This document shows positions 14,499 to 28,227 of a DNA stretch of 64,000 nt, piece by piece. Origin of the DNA: Octopus vulgaris (lineage: Eukaryota); contig OX597814.1 in NCBI GenBank assembly GCA_951406725.2, forward strand, positions 165,540,001-165,604,000, read 5' to 3'. A model generated the notes under the pieces. That model saw only the letters and a program-made list of their open reading frames with translations, did not search any database and was not told where the DNA came from. Position 1 is the first letter of the stretch, and each line of letters opens with the position of its first letter. Position numbers and translations under genes: made by a program.

Positions 14499-15737
14499 AG
14501 GTGTGATGGGTAAATTGTCACCATTTTATATTTTTAATTTCGTGCATTGTTTGTTTTTGACTTTGTTTACTACACAGTATAGTAGTATCAGTTAGGCACC
14601 ATCTGTGAGAAAAACTGCAACATAATGCAATTCGCTCTGACAGAAATTTGGAAATGACATGCTGTACTGCTTGGCATTCATGCCAGAAGCTCCAATATGA
14701 ATATTTCAGAGTGTTTGGGTGTCAATCTGAGGACAGTGTAGAGGATTCAGAAAGAGTTGGATGAGTCTAATGGTGATTACGAAAGTACAGCAGCTCGCAA
14801 AACTCACTCTAATCATTCTGATAAGAAACGAACTCCTGAATTTGTTGGTGAGATCCTGGCTATGATTGATAACAATCCCACCAAGTCAATCAGGTCCATT
14901 GTCAATGACATGGCAGTATCTGAGTTTCTTATCAGGTAGGTAGTGCATGAAGACATTCGATATTCCTCTTACAAGATGAGAAAGGGCCAATTTTTATCCC
15001 AAGCCATCAAGGACAAGAGGGAAGACCATGCTATGAAGCTTTTGAACAAACTCAAGCGTCCCCTCCAACCAAACATGCTTTGGTTTTTCTCAGACAAGAA
15101 AAATTTCTGCCAGGTTCAGCTGGTGATAAAAATCAAACATCCAGTCAACATCATGGTGTTTCAAGTGATCACTAGTGATGGCAATGTTATGCCTCCATCT
15201 TTCCACACGGCCTCAGACTCAACAGAGAGGCCTACACCAAGTTCCTGGAGGAAGTAATGCTGCTCTGGGTCAAGAGGGTTGCTGCTGGAAGACCCAATGT
15301 CTGGCAATAGGATTCTGCACCATGCCACACAAACAGGAATCCCTGTCATGACTGTCAGACAATTTCTGCAACCACATCACCCCTAATATCTGGCCACCTA
15401 AATCCCCAGACTGCAACCCCTTAGGTTATTATGTGTGGGGCGCAGTTGAGCAAGAGGCCAAACAAAATTCCTTGTAATGCCCAAGATAAACTAAAGGCAA
15501 GGATTATGGCAGCATTCACCATCTTAAACAAGGAGACCATCTAGAAGAGTTGCAGGAGGTTCCGGAGTTGTCTGAAGGCCATGGTTGAAGCCAGTGATGA
15601 TTTTATTGAATAAATTTACTCTTTAGTATTTCAAGATATCTCAATGTAATTAATTTTCGTAAATATATCTTAAAATGAAATGTCTGTGTTATTTTCACTT
15701 TTGCATAATTTAGATGACAATTTATTCACCACACCTT
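14499..15737 (+). mobile_element. Decayed mariner/maT-like DNA transposon
   Basis: TIRs AGGTGTGATGGGTAAATTGTCA / TGACAATTTATTCACCACACCT; fragments FFSDKKNF, IMVFQVITSDG, DSAPCH, WPPKSPDCNPL with stops and frameshifts. Confidence 0.82.
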
Positions 15738-17624
15738 TATGTATGTTTGTATTAAAAAACTTATTCCCATCTCTTTTTATTTTTCAATACTGTATCTTCT
15801 ACTCCTATTTCTCTCCCTCTTTCGCAGGACTGTTATTATCTCCAGTATCACTCCCTTATAATAAGCATGTATCTCCTTGGTATCTCATTCTCCTTCCTAC
15901 AGAGACTTTCATTCTTCTTCCAATTTTCTCTCCTTATCTCTATCTCCCTTATTTTAATTATGTTACAGTCAGATCCAGAAAAACTCTCAAACTACTCACC
16001 ATCTTTCACTTTTTTTTTTTTACCTATTCTCCTTCCCCTGCTATACAACTACTTACATTTTTCTCTCTTTTGATCCTCTATTCCTCTTCTTCATTGTCTT
16101 TTTTTCTCTTTCACTCTCTTTCTCTATTCTCTCATAGTGCTTTTATTCTTTCTTGCTTATATACAATGTTTTGTTCAACAGTAATATTTGTTTATATATC
16201 TAAATGTTAGAATATTAATTTTCATAAACCTTGTTTTGAACTAATTTTGTTATTCTACCAATTTGCAAGTTTTTTGTTTGTTTAAATAATGATGTAATGT
16301 TGATTAGAGAATGTATTAACCTGAACCCTGGAGTAATCTACGAGCCTTTATTCTTTTACAGTTAATATTATAATTAGCTCTACATCATGTATTGAGTACT
16401 TTTTCATTGTGTTTTGATAAACACACACACAAGACAAGGGATTATATAGAAAACCTAAATGTTTCACTGAGAGTTATGCTGTTGCTTTCTAGAAGTAGCA
16501 GTTAAATCTCCTTCAGATAATACCTACTGTGTTAAAAAAGAAAAGGGCACATTAAATAATTTGTCCTATGTATCACTAAAAAGGAGAGATGGTCAAAGTT
16601 GGAATGCCTTTTAATTATAGACCTGCTCATTCAGGGTTTTCTTGAGCTTAAATAACAACTACAACAACCACACACACAGGAGGTAAAATAAACAAAGTCA
16701 AACTTACAGAAATATACTCAGACTGTTTATATTTGGCAAACATAAAATAAAACAATATTTATGTACAAACAATACATTAGATCCCTTGTGAATCATGCTA
16801 GCCTTGCTTGGGTCCCCTTAATCTTTGTACAGAAAATCCAAAAAGACAACAAGGTATACAAAATAATGCCATTCACAACCTCACAGGTTATATATAAACT
16901 CCCAAAGACCACCTACTCAACTAAACAAAAATTACAATATATAAAGGACCACTTTGACATGTGAGGGGCCCAGTCTGTGTCTGCAGCAAGTTGCAACCTC
17001 TACAGTTTCTGCCACTAAGTTGACAATCACTGACAAATACTCCAGAACACTATATTTTGCACTCAGTCAAAATACTCAGCTATAACATTAATAGCTTCAT
17101 TTGACCTGAACACCATGTTGAGATTGCATACAAGTGATTGTAAGTGCAAAGTAACAATACCTGTTGAATTTTGTCCAAGTCCATCTTGCCTACTTCTGCT
17201 GCGGCCATCACTAACATTTACAGGCGTATCAACCAACAAAAGTGTCTCTACATGATCACTTGATTTACTAGAAATAGCAGCCTAATATATCTCAGTTCAC
17301 ACTGAACCATCATAGACAAGGAAGACACATGATGAACCTCCGTACGTCTCTGAATGTGCTCGAAATATCAGATCTTCTGCAAACCACATGTTATCATCTT
17401 CAAGAAAGAACATATTATGCATTGTTGCATTAATCTGTAAATCACACTTACTTGTAGTTAGAGTACTTACATGCAATGGGTCTGCTCTCTTACAGCTAAC
17501 CAGGGGTTACATAACAAGTTTTTGCATTATAGAACTTGCTTTATGATTTGGTAAAAATAAAGTCAGAAATTAACTCTTTAAAATATTTTTTGGTAATTCT
17601 TATTTTATTTTTATACTTTTCCAG

Positions 17625-17732
17625 CATTGGAATGTATTCCAGCAAGTTCCTGAAGTATTCATTCTTGTACCAGCTTTGTTAGGTTTGAAAGGCAACCTTG
17701 AAATGACCTTAGCATCTCGGCTTTCTACACAG
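17625..17732 (+). CDS. SLC41A1: SLC41A exon 2 ([36 protein letters not shown])
   Basis: ttttccag| acceptor and |gtaaga donor; contains the MgtE/SLC41 PX6GN motif PALLGLKGN. Confidence 0.95.
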
Positions 17733-18629
17733 GTAAGAGTTATTTTGAAGAAGGTAGAAGTATCCCTTATCAAAACAAGGTCTTACTATATCTCTCACTG
17801 ATAGCTCTGAACTACTCAGACCAGTTGTTTACAATAACTGTGCACCGTCTATAGTTAAGAGTTGTACTGTGATATTTTGATACAAGTTAGAATATGATAA
17901 GATATATTAGAAAAAGTAATTGCATATGTATTGGTGAAATGCAATGTGCATGTCCATCTCTGTTTTAAAACAATTTTAATATACATTTTCCATATAATAA
18001 AACTTTTAAAAAGCTAATGGCATGTTGTAGCAGTTTTAGCTCTTTATTTATTGTACTAGGAACTGAAAAATGTTGAAAATTGCTAAGTCTTGCTTGACTT
18101 TTGTAAACCATTCATTCACCATTCACTTCCTTAGCCCCCACCAGAATGCAAAGTAACTTGATCTTGTTTAATCCTTTAATCCTAATCTGGCCATATCTGG
18201 TCCACATATTGTTTTACATTAAAACTGACCAGATCCAAACTCTCACCCATACCCTACATTCTAAAAATATACAAACACACCATTGGAATCTTGAAGCTAC
18301 AAGATAATGTTTGAATACTTCAAATCAGTGTGAACAAATAAGTAATACATTTATTTGACAAAGAAATCTGAATGCTAAAGAATTAAGAACTAATTTAAGT
18401 TGAAGTTTAAATTTCCCTTCAACAAAGATGAAACACTAAATTCAAGAATAGCAAAATATGTTTGGTTTGTAAAATGAAAATCCTGTGGTACCCTGGGGTA
18501 AAGTTTACATAATAGTTTCAGATCTCCAGAGGAAATCTGAAAGATAAATGTTCTAATGCATGTATTAAGAACCAAATCAGTTATCTGCCTGTGAGTTTGA
18601 ATCCAGGGAAAAAAATCACAGTTACTTTT

Positions 18630-18975
18630 CATCATCATCATCATTATCATCATCGTTTAATATTCACTTTCCATGCTAGCATGGGTTGGACGATTTTGAC
18701 TGAGGGCTGGCGAACCAGATGGCTGCACCAAGCTCCAATCTTGATCTGGCAGAGTTTCTACAGCTGGATGCCCTTCCAAATGCCAACCACCCTGAGAGTG
18801 TAGTGGGTGCTTTTTACGTGCCACCAGCATGGGGGCCAGTCAGGCAGTACTGGCAATGACCACGCTCAAATCTTTTTACACATGCCACTGGCACAGGTGC
18901 CAGTAAGGCGACGTTGGTAATGATCACGCTCGAATGGTGCCCTTTTATGTGCCATGGCATGGGGGCCAGTCAACT
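18630..18975 (-). mobile_element. RTE-like LINE 3' end
   Basis: Same tail and body as 8867-9530. Confidence 0.78.
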
Positions 18976-20189
18976 GATTTAAAGAGGTTTTCCATTTCAT
19001 TGCTTTTATTTAGGTTATAGAATAAACATGATTGTTTTTCACATATATTGTCAGTTAATTAGTAACTTAAAATATTATTTGTTTAATTGCTTTAACTATT
19101 ATTTATGGTATTTAAATAGCATTTAATGTCTTTCCTCATGACTTTATTTTCATTTTCTGCGAGTACAACTAAATTTGACTACCATTACTATAACTATATT
19201 TAAATACTTCTTAAATTAACAAGTGTTTGCCTTTTGGCTTAGTAAAAGCCTTAAAACTATGTAAAATAAAGGCTTGTGAGTTCGGTCCCAGCTGAAGCAC
19301 TTGTACACAGATATCAGGCAACAAGAATAAGCAGTCATATATACCTCAAACATCTTAAAATATGAGGCGATGTAAACCTGACATTGTTCTAAGTTGCATA
19401 CATATGCACTTGCATGTACATTTTGTAATTAGTGCACAAAAGGTTAGTGCCTAAAATAATGTGATAATTAATAATTATACGTTAATTGCAGACAATTTTA
19501 TCATTAGAGAAATTATTCTCGGATTTTAGTAAACATTGACTACTAAAAACATAGGACCTTGATGTATATCAGGCATGGGCAACCTTTTTACAAGAAATGG
19601 GCCACATGGGACGTGGATCATCATCAGGCTGGCCACACTACTAAAAAACTTCAAAGTACTCTTTCATTAGGCATGTCATTCAAAACGTTTTGCTGCTGGC
19701 TGATATATAGAAAGATGAGATGGTCATGGCTAGATTGACCTGGTGTAAATATAATGCCTGTTGTTAAATAAGTATAGATTATACTGTCTAAAGTTTAGTG
19801 TTTCACTTAACAAAGTATGAGGTTAAAAGTCTAAAACTGTTCTACCAGTTCTGTCCTTCAGATTTCAACATTGAAGGCTGAATGTACTTTCCTTTTAAAA
19901 CTAACAATTCCCAACAATGCCATATCTCTGTTGTGCAATATTGTTTCACAATGTCTTGCAATTATTCAATATTAAAAATTTTTTTAAAAAACAGAGCTAT
20001 TATGTTAGGTGCTGTCATACATATTTTTTACATAAATAAGTATAGTTACTAATATTCCAGTAGAATTCTTTATGAATAATATTGAAAACATCATCATTCT
20101 TTAACGTCTGCTTTAAGAAACTCTTAAAAGGTGATGGATCTCCAAAGCTGGAGACTTTTCTGGATTCCATGCACAAAGTCACTGGACTA

Positions 20190-20720
20190 TCATCATCATC
20201 ATCATTTAACATCCGCTTTCCATGCTAGCATGGGTTGGATGATTTGACTGAGGTCTGGCGAACCAGATGGCTGCACCAGGCTCCAATCTGATCTAGCAGA
20301 GTTTCTACAGCTGGATGTCCTTCCTAACGCCAACCACTCTGAGAGTGTAGTGGGTGCTTTTACGTGCCACCGACACAAGGGCCAGTCAGGTGGTACTGGC
20401 AACGGCCACGCTCATATGGTGCTTTTTATGTGCTGCCTGCACAGAAGCCAGTCCAGCAGCACTGGCAACAACCTCGTTTTAATGTTTTTTCACGTGCCAC
20501 CAGCACAAGTGCCAGTAAGGTGACGCAGGTAATGATCACGCTTGAATGGTGCTTTTTATGTGCTACTAGCACAGAAGCCAGTTTGTTGCTCTGGCAACGA
20601 TCACGCTTGGATGGTACTCTTAACGCTCCACTAGCATGGATGCCAGTCATCGAATTTGATTTCGATTTCAATTTCACTTGCCTCAACAGGTCTTCGCAAG
20701 CAGAGTTTAGTGTCCAATGA
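20190..20720 (-). mobile_element. RTE-like LINE 3' end
   Basis: Same family; includes the gatttgatttc...cacttgcctcaacaggtct segment seen at 9415-9460. Confidence 0.8.
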
Positions 20721-21812
20721 GTTTAATTAGAACAAAATCAGTTGTGCAGCATTTATTTATCTATCTATCTATTTATGGTTGTTGACAATCTGAATATCAG
20801 ATTTTTTATGTGTTATGATTTCAGTTTAGGTGATACTATCTCTTGCTTTTATTCTATTTGAGAATATCTCAGCTGGGGCTTGACTTCATTAATTTCTGTT
20901 TATATATGATAAAAGGTTAATGATCACAAATGTTATAGAGGTATGTTATCTGAAGGTCACTTTTTGCAACTTGATATAGAGCTGCTTAGTTTAATAACTG
21001 TAGTAGAGATATTAATTTTGATAAGGTTCAATAGAGTAGAAATGAAATTACGTAAGCGTTGATAAAATTACTTATTTGGAAAATGGTAGTGATTGGCTGT
21101 TTTTAAAAAAAAATATTAGTTGGCGTGTGTAGGTGAGTACTCTTAATTGTTATCTTTATGTAACAACTGTGAGGTCATTTACACTAAGGTGAAAGAGTAA
21201 CACAGAAACTGAAGAGGAATCTTGTTAATGACCCATGTGAATGAATCAGTAAATTAGTTTGCATCAGATAGTGAAGCTGATCTAGTAAGTGTGAGGTTGT
21301 GTAAGCTGAAAGTTGCAACAAGAACAGAGTCCAGTTAATTATGTTGTCAGTCAAATAGTAGCAGAATGGAATAGTCTGTGAAAAAAAAATGTACTTTACT
21401 ACTCAAACTAATATAAAGAATTGTCATAATGATTTTGAAAACTTTATTTACTTTGTTCAAAAGTTGTTATATCAAGTAATTCTGTGCGAGGCAACAGCAT
21501 GACAGCTGTTATGGGTTCCATGGGAAATTTATTAATCCCTCCCAGGTGTTAACTGTTTCTCTTGTCAATTTTTATGAAGTAAAGTATTTAATCTACCACA
21601 GTTAATAGGCCTTCTGTTTCCATCTTGATGTGTTGATTTTATTACTTTCAATATTTGCTTTCCAATGTCTTTTGTGTATTTCATAAACCAAGTATACTTA
21701 TATACTTAGGTATGAGAAACTTACATACTCCGCATACTTAGTGAAATTTTTTTTCACTGAAATTGCTCAACAAATGTTCATATCAATTATGAATTGCTTG
21801 GCGATTCATATA

Positions 21813-22046
21813 AGGCGGCGAGCTGGCAGAAATGTTAGCACGCCGGGCGAGATGCTTAGTGGTATTTCGTCTGCCGTTACATTCTGAGTTCAAATTCCGC
21901 TGAGGTCGACTTTGCCTTTCATCCTTTCAGGGTTGATAAATTAAGTACCAGTTACGCACTGGGGCCGATGTAATCGACTTAATCCCTTTGTCTGTCCTTG
22001 TTTGTCCCCTCTATGTTTAGCCCCTTGTGGGCAATAAAGAAATAAA
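21813..22046 (+). mobile_element. Full-length tRNA-derived Deu/Nin-domain SINE
   Basis: GGCGGCGAGCTGGCAGAA...GAGTTCAAATTCC...AATAAAGAAATAAA; flanking direct repeat TATGAATTGCTTGG (21788-21801 and 22048-22061). Confidence 0.85.
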
Positions 22047-22492
22047 GTATGAATTGCTTGGGCTATGATATATGTCTACACAGTAAAAGAATAAATAGAT
22101 AACTTTAACTTATAGTATAATGGATTTGTGAGATTTTACGTTGTAACAAATCCCTCTCCCATTGCACACATACACCACCCACCTCTTTACACATATCTTT
22201 ATAAAGTGCTTAAGAAGTACAAAGCATTACTTAAATTCTGTCAGCCTATAGTTAAACTCTTGGGAATTTCTAAACACACATGGACATCCGTCTTTGCAGA
22301 TATGAGCATCTACATATGTGTGTTACTTTCTCTAATGTTTCCACTTTGTTACTGGGTTGAAGTAACTTTAGCACCATATATATTTATAGTTAGAAAGTAA
22401 ATTCATATAAAACTGTTTTCACCATATATTTGATACCCCTGATGGTAGATTTATTTCATGCCCCTGGTAGAAGCTCTGTTTCATAACCTTAA

Positions 22493-22706
22493 CCCTTTCA
22501 TTACTGTATTTCTTTTGAGATGCTCTGTGTTTCTTTCAATTACTTTAAATATAACAAAGAATTTAGTAAAATAACTTAGTTATCATTCAGTTAGTGTTAG
22601 GAACATAAATTGTGATTAAGGTTTGGTGGAAGATTTTAATTCAAAACTTATGAAAACAAGACATTTGTACTCAGAGCCGGTTTCAGCCGGGTTGGTAATG
22701 AAAGGG
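22493..22706. mobile_element. piggyBac-like MITE
   Basis: TTAA|CCCTTTCATTAC...GTAATGAAAGGG|TTAA: TTAA TSD and CCC/GGG termini. Confidence 0.8.
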
Positions 22707-23311
22707 TTAAACATATCGGGTAAATCTTCCTGGTATAGAATACCTGTAAAAATATGAGAGCATCACAGGAGTTAAATGAGATGGTTATTTATAACATATA
22801 CTATAATGTGATTTATACCATATACTATAAGGTGAGATATAACATATACCATAACAATTTGATCTCAATTTATGATATTGTTTCCAGGTGTAAAAACAAA
22901 AACAGAAAAGCAATTTTATAGTTAGTATATATTTTAGATTGTATTTTCTCTTTTAAAATACTGTTAATGTGCCTCTAAGTATTCCTTTGCGTTTTTTCAG
23001 ATCTTTAATCGTTTCTTCTGTGAGAACTAATATTTTTATCTCTTGCCTAACTATTTCTTCTTAGTTCATCTTATGTTTGATGTACCTTTTGTCCAGTATC
23101 TTCCATTATCATTTTTTATTACAGTTTCACCTGCATACATCACCTATTAACCTTGTATTCACCTGACATTCCAGCTTTAAAATGGTATCATAAATAATAC
23201 TATTTTATATTAAACCTTGTTCGTTTTGAAGATAAATGCCATTGCTGTAAAAGAATCTCTTTTGATGAAGCACATTTTAAAAAATCTGTCTAAATCTCTG
23301 TTTCGTTTCAG

Positions 23312-23383
23312 TCTAACTTAGGAAACATGGAAACGAAGAAGGAGCAACTGAAGATGATTGGAGGTAACATAGCCTTAACTCAG
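23312..23383 (+). CDS. SLC41A1: SLC41A exon 3 (SNLGNMETKKEQLKMIGGNIALTQ)
   Basis: tttcag| acceptor and |gtaagt donor, phase 0-0; resembles SLC41A 'AN.G.MD.......GN.AL.Q'. Confidence 0.92.
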
Positions 23384-23434
23384 GTAAGTTACAAAGATTT
23401 GTTTGTTTGTTTTCTTTTATCCTTTTATTTGTTT

Positions 23435-23758
23435 AAGTCATTTGACTGCAGCCATGCTGGAGCACCACCTTTAGTTGAACAAATCAACCCCAGGATTTAT
23501 TCTTTGTAAGCTTAGTACTTATTCTATTGGTCTCTTTTGCTGAACCATTAAGTTACAGGGACATAAACACACCAACATAAACACACACACACATACGATG
23601 GGCTTCTTTCAGTTTCTGTCTAACAAATCAACTCACAAAGCTTTGCTTGGCCCAAGGCCATAGTAGAAGACACCTGCCCAAGGTACCATGCAGTGAGACT
23701 GAACCCGGAACCATGTGGTTGGTAAGCCAGCTTCTTACCACACAGCCATGCCTGCACC
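23435..23758 (-). mobile_element. Second tRNA-derived SINE family (CORE/Meta-like CCTTGGGCA core, internal (TG)n)
   Basis: Minus strand GGCATGGCTGTGTGGTAAG...GGTTCAGTC; homologous copies at ~1566-1920, 12480-12630, 39890-40170, 42092-42785. Confidence 0.7.
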
Positions 23759-24850
23759 TATTTTTTTTTTTATGTAATAGATCTTAACGATTCATTGGTA
23801 TGTCTCCATTTTGTCTTCACTTGTGTGCTCAACTGTTAGCAGGTCCTCTTTGATTTCCAAAATTACTTTACATTCTATATCATTTTACATTCAGTTATCA
23901 TTCTACAGTGGCAGAATTTTCAGTTTCTTTGCAGCATTTTATTTTCACAGGATCAAAGTTTCAGCAATTGCATGATTCTCAAGACAATTTTATAGGTAGT
24001 ACATATGCTAGCACCATTTTGCTGATACACCTGCCCACTCTGATCAAATTGCATATGTCCTACCCAAAATATGGTTGTTCTGTATATGCTAGATCAGAAT
24101 GATTAGCTCTAAAATGTCTTATGAAGTTTGGTTTGATAGAACTTTGACACACAGCTTTGCTTTCCAAGTCCTTTCATTCCTTTTTCACATTATTGAAACC
24201 AAATTCTGTTGGGTGTATATTTTAGCTGTTAGTTGACTGATTATACAGGCAGATACTCCAAATTCATCTTGGAGTATTAGAACAGTATTATGCATTACTG
24301 ATCTCATCAAAAATATTTTTTGTTAATCATTTCAGCAGAATTTTTTAACCAATGCACAGAAATTTTATGAAAATATAAGGTTTCATGATGTTCAGAGCTT
24401 GCTGGCTTCTAAAACAAACAAACAAAAAAAAACAATTTGGTAAAGGAAGCAGTCAAAATGGTGAATAGTTATAAATGAATCAAATCCTTTTTAATATACA
24501 GTGATGACACATGACACCTGTATGCCAAGTTTACTAAGACACATGAGTTGGCATTTGACTTGTTGTGATTACTTTGAAATTTCAGTGTTTTTATAAACTA
24601 CATACATTCGCAATTTCTCTTCTATGTTAGGGGTATGAGTAACTTAGTTTGAGAATGCCTGCTCTATAGAGTAAAATGGCAAGTTATCATCATCATCATC
24701 GTTTATGAAAGCTAATTAGTTACTTACTAAGACTAATTAGCATATCTAAAAATGAGAAAGATCATACAATGACATTGCCTAAATGCTGTCTCTGATAATG
24801 TTATTTTTTCATCAGACTACAATTGATAATCTTTATATTTCATTTTCTAG

Positions 24851-24995
24851 GCCCAAGCCATTGTTGTTGGGTTTCTTGCCTCCTTGGTTGCTATGATTAT
24901 GGGATGGATACCTGAAGGTAAATTTAACCCCTACCATGCACTACTGCTGTGTGCTAGCAGCATGCTAACTGCATCTATAGCTAGTTTTATTCTAG
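24851..24995 (+). CDS. SLC41A1: SLC41A exon 4 ([25 protein letters not shown]...ASFIL)
   Basis: ttttctag| acceptor and |gtaagg donor, phase 0-1; conserved QA.VVGFLAS. Confidence 0.93.
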
Positions 24996-25901
24996 GTAAG
25001 GTGATTTTTCATCACTCTTTTTAATTTCTTTTTTACTTGTCTCAATTTTTAAGATAATTTTTATTATTTCTTTTTCTTTAAGTTTTCTTTAACACATGTA
25101 TACACAAATGTATTTATATACATTCACATGTTTCTTGTATTTGTTTGTGCTGTAAATATTTTAAAATCTCTTCCTCCTCCTTTTCTGCTCATATTCAATA
25201 GAAGGGCATAAAGTTTCTATATTTGTACCTGAGAAAGACTATGATACTGTTTCAATTTGAAATATATACACATATACACTGGCACACAAACACATTATAT
25301 AAATACACACACATACTCCAATGAGCATTTCATCAGTGCTACTTATCTTGTTGAGTCATCAAAGACCATTGATAACTTAGTATTGAAATGACTGAAAGAC
25401 ACCAACAAGATATAAAGATTATCACACATGATATGTCAGCAAGCAACATTTATTTAAAAACACTCACACATATAATGTATGATTGTGTTAATGTCCTCTT
25501 TTTCATTTTCAGATGGGTCAGATAATTTTGTCATGCAGAAAATTGCCTTATTTTAATCATGTCTCTCCCAACCTACCTACACAAACCACCCACCTTCCTA
25601 CCTGCAACTTGCCCTTCTATCTCACAGCCTACTGTCACTCATTAGTCTTTCACCCATTGTCCATACCTCCTTCTATGCCCCTATTGTTCATCTTTCAATC
25701 ACTTCCTTCACTGTACTGTACTCTAGATCTCATCTGACCACCAAATATATTTCTTCTAGTGTAACTAAGGATGCTATCATAACTATCAGCTCATATCCAC
25801 TATTCATTGGGGGATGGACAAACAGGGAAAAGTGTAAAAGAACATTGCCAATTACATTAATAAATTATTTGAGTATCACTGCATTTGTATAATACAATCT
25901 A

Positions 25902-27005
25902 CAGGGGTTGGACAAAATAATGGAAACACCTTAAAATTTCAAAAAAATTTATTTTGATATGGAGTAGAACCACCTTTGCAGTAATTACAGCTTGAATTCT
26001 ATGATGTATAGAGTCGCAGAAAGTTTGAATTGTTTCCAAAGGAATTTTTGTCCATTCTTCAGCTAAAACAGTCTCCAGTTTTTGTAGTGATGATGTTGGA
26101 GGAAATCGACTTCTTACATGTTTTTCTAAAATGCACCATAAATGTTCAATAATATTGAGATCTGGGGACTGTGGTGGCCAGATAAGATGTTCAACTTCAC
26201 TACAATGTTCCTCATGCCATTCAGTAACAACTTTAGCTGTGTGAATTGGTGCATTATCATCCTGAAAGATTGCATTTCCCTTCAGAAACAGTTCCACAAG
26301 CATAGGATGAATTTGATCAGATACAATGCTTAAATAGTCTTGACTATTAATTCTGCCAGGAAGGGAAACCAGTGGGCTGGCAGATTTCCAAGATATAGCA
26401 CCCCCCCCCCAGATCATCACAGGTCCTCCATGTTTAACAGTTGGAAGAAGGCAGTCTGGGTCAAATGCTTCTTTTGGCTGTGTCCACACATATACATGGC
26501 CGGTGGTTGGAAATAAGGTAAAGGATGACTCATCCAAGAAAATAACATTCTTCCACTGCTCTAGGGACCAATTCTATTGGTTTTTACTCCACTCTAAATG
26601 CTTTGCAACGTTTGTTTTAGAAAGTAATGGTTTTCTGGTTGCAGCTCTCCTATGAAATCCAGCTTAGTGCAGCTCCCAGTGAACAGTTTTGTGGAAACTG
26701 GGTTCTCGAGGTGGTCATTAAGCTCTGCAGTAATTTTGGGAGGTGTACTTTTGTGATCCTTTCTAACAATTTGCATAAGAGTCCAACGGTCCCTATCTGA
26801 AAGTTTTGGTTTCCTTCTGGAGTTTTGTTTCGACGAGGAGGTTTTTCCTTCTTTCTCAAAGGCTGTCATTACTTTCAAGACAGTACTTCTTGATATACCA
26901 AACATTTCAGCTGTTTTTGTTACACTAGGGCCTGCCATACAAACAATTTAATAGATATTTCAAAATTATGATGCTAGGTGTTTCCATTATTTTGTCCAAC
27001 CCATG
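25902..27005 (-). mobile_element. Tc1-like DNA transposon, frameshifted transposase
   Basis: TA|CAGGGGTTGGACAAAATAATGGAAACACC TIR pair; ORFs 26594-26938 (HTH) and 25899-26537 (DES, QDDNAPIH, SPDLNIIE). Confidence 0.92.
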
Positions 27006-27752
27006 TATTTGTTGATAGCACTATACAAACTTCATGAAGTCCTATAACAATACTACTCTTACTTGAACAATGAACTAGCAATTTCATAAAATTTATGGAG
27101 TTACCATCTCAATTTGCCAAAATATTTCAGTATATTTCCAAAATATTAGTGTTGGAATCAGAATATTAAAATTAACAAGTGAGCCTCCTACAGCTTTGGC
27201 CATTCAAATAACAACCACCAAATCAACCATCTGCTGCTTTTCACGTAAATGTTTGGAATAAATTCTGGGTTATTTTTCCCAACTGTTACCTTGTTCTGTA
27301 ATATAAATAGCTCACTTCTCGATTATTTCAATATTTAATTTTCATTTGAAAGGCTTCTAGAGCAGTTGTATTGTTTAATTAAAACATAGAATGGGAAGCA
27401 AACCTAAAAGTATTTTACTGTCTCTTAATTCATCCTGACTTGAAAATAGTAGTACAATGCTGACATTGATTCAACTGTCTATATCTTTTTCCTATTTCTA
27501 ATCAGTATCCACTCCATAGAAATTCTTTTAAATTTATTTGTATGCAGAGATGTAGCACAAAGTTTTGTCAGTGAACAGGTCATGGTCTCAGAGCGACGAA
27601 AATATTTTGACAAATTAAATTTAAATGTTGAAGTGAATCTAACGGTTTTGTGTGTTTCTTAAATGCCTTATAAACACCTTCTACACTGCAATTGTATCTG
27701 TATGTAATAATCTGCTTACCAACCATAAATATATGCTATTTTTTTCATGCAG

Positions 27753-27899
27753 GGTCTGTAATGGCTGCTTTAATTCTCTTGTCCAAAAAATGTCACATAA
27801 ATCCTGACAATGTCGCCACTCCAATAGCAGCCAGTCTAGGGGATCTTACAACACTGTCTTTATTGTCTACTATTAGTCATCTTCTTTATCATTCAATTG
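27753..27899 (+). CDS. SLC41A1: SLC41A exon 5 (..[20 protein letters not shown]..)
   Basis: catgcag| acceptor and |gtacgt donor, phase 1-1; P(D/A)X4PX6D motif. Confidence 0.95.
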
Positions 27900-28227
27900 G
27901 TACGTCAATATTTCTCTCTTTCTTTGCTTTGTTGTTGTTGATGTTGCTGCTGCAGAAGTGGAGCACCAAATAAAATTAAAACCTTGCATTATTAAGTTTC
28001 ATTCCATGGCATTCTGTACCCAACTTTGCTTTTCATTCCCTTCAGGGTTGCAAAAATAAATACCAATTATACAGAAATACTAGTCATGACTTAATTGATT
28101 ATACTCATTCTCTAAAGTTAAAAATTAATATTAATGGTTCCATTTTAGTGGCAAGGACCATATAGCAGCAGGTTAAGGTTCTTACCTTTCAATTCCCAAT
28201 TGAAGCTATTCCACTTGACTTATATTA

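Noticed and set aside
15680-16210. 176-aa hydrophobic ORF resembling a membrane protein
   Set aside because: Low-complexity pyrimidine-rich intronic sequence with no SLC41 motifs; the gene model is complete without it
21813-21900. tRNA-like A/B box sequences as tRNA genes
   Set aside because: They are SINE heads followed by conserved core, tail and TSD, with no clean cloverleaf
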